Translations under genes and position numbers: made by a program | Shown here: positions 63,479 to 64,000 of the stretch, in pieces | Layout: the number at the start of each line of letters is the position of its first letter | Numbering within the stretch: the first letter of the stretch is position 1 | DNA from: an uncultured Alphaproteobacteria bacterium | GTDB taxonomy: Bacteria; Pseudomonadota; Alphaproteobacteria; HIMB59; GCA-002718135 | DNA length: 64,000 bases | Direction: 5' to 3' | Assembly: GCA_902602885.1 (NCBI GenBank) | Contig: CACKSM010000001.1 | Span: 17,550-81,549 of the forward strand | Notes under the pieces: model-generated | Databases searched by the model: none | What the model saw: only the letters and a program-made list of their open reading frames with translations | Told to the model about the DNA's origin: nothing

Positions 63479-64000
63479 ATGAGTGAAGAATCTATAATTT
63501 CATTAAAAAATGTTAACAAGTGGTTTGGAGATTTTCATGTATTACAAGATGTAAATCTTGAAGTTAAGAAGAAAGAAAGAATTGTAGTTTGTGGTCCTTC
63601 TGGTTCTGGTAAATCTACAATGATCAGATGTATTAATAGATTGGAAGAGCACCAAGAAGGTTCAATTGTTGTTGATGGAATTGAGTTAACAGGAAATTTA
63701 AAAAATATTGATAATGTAAGAAAAGAAGTTGGAATGGTGTTCCAGCAATTTAATTTATTCCCTCATTTATCTGTAAAAGAAAATATAACACTAGCTCCAA
63801 TTTGGGTTAAAAAAATGCCAAAGGCAGAAGCAGAGGAACTGGCTATGAGACAGTTAGAAATAGTAAAAATTCCTGAACAAGCCAACAAGTATCCTGGTCA
63901 ATTATCTGGTGGTCAGCAACAAAGAGTAGCAATTGCTAGATCCCTTGCAATGAATCCAAATATCATGCTTTTTGATGAACCAACTTCAGCTCTAGACCCT
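63479..64000 (+). CDS. aapP: General L-amino-acid ABC transporter ATP-binding protein (partial, runs off window end)
   Basis: This ORF is not in the supplied ORF track because it is truncated. My translation from ATG 63479 gives MSEESIISLKNVNKWFGDFHVLQDVNLEVKKKERIVVCGPSGSGKST (Walker A) ... LSGGQQQRVAIARSL (signature) ... MLFDEPTSALDP (Walker B). Confidence 0.92.
   Translation, partial: MSEESIISLKNVNKWFGDFHVLQDVNLEVKKKERIVVCGPSGSGKSTMIRCINRLEEHQEGSIVVDGIELTGNLKNIDNVRKEVGMVFQQFNLFPHLSVKENITLAPIWVKKMPKAEAEELAMRQLEIVKIPEQANKYPGQLSGGQQQRVAIARSLAMNPNIMLFDEPTSALDP

Noticed and set aside
1-64000. Window-wide look for CRISPR arrays, IS elements or transposases, rRNA, toxin-antitoxin pairs, restriction-modification genes or known defence-system genes.
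   Set aside because: I found no spaced direct-repeat arrays, no transposase, integrase or nuclease-type ORFs, and no gaps large enough for rRNA. Nearly every base is accounted for by metabolic or housekeeping genes.

Overview
The window is very AT-rich and extremely gene-dense. Its content points to a streamlined marine alphaproteobacterium of the SAR11/Pelagibacterales type: proteorhodopsin, H+-pyrophosphatase, a yhdWXYZ/aap-type amino-acid ABC system, a TRAP transporter, and many 1-30 nt gene overlaps. I call 1 partial and about 70 complete CDS, 3 tRNAs (Glu-TTC, Pro-TGG, Arg-TCT), 1 TPP riboswitch and 4 clear rho-independent terminators. I saw no rRNA, CRISPR array, transposase, integrase or prophage genes. 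Most of 1-31 kb is core housekeeping on the + strand: smpB, rpoZ-spoT-acpS-lepB-rnc-era-recO-parC, glyA-nrdR-ribD-ribE-ribBX-ribH-nusB-thiL, hppA, rpmF-plsX-ihfA-merR, rplM-rpsI, argC, hom and recJ. From 31 kb to 64 kb the content is more accessory and metabolic: acetoacetyl-CoA synthetase/qor/Irr-like regulator, riboswitch-controlled thiB-thiP, Fe-ADH, SulP, a YtoQ/methyltransferase/GATase/MOSC patch, a CUT1-type ABC system without an ATPase, fadA plus a long acyl-CoA dehydrogenase, metC-tauE and aapJQMP. The best candidate for an undescribed system is a six-gene, translationally coupled operon at 54094-58044, next to tRNA-Arg. It joins a lower inositol-pathway module (IolC-like kinase, IolB isomerase, class II aldolase) to a miniaturised MTA/SAH-nucleosidase-like protein, a GFA-family protein and a small HxH protein of unknown function. 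No upper-pathway iol genes are in the window. All functional calls come from my own reading of the translated ORFs (motifs, length, synteny). No database search was run.
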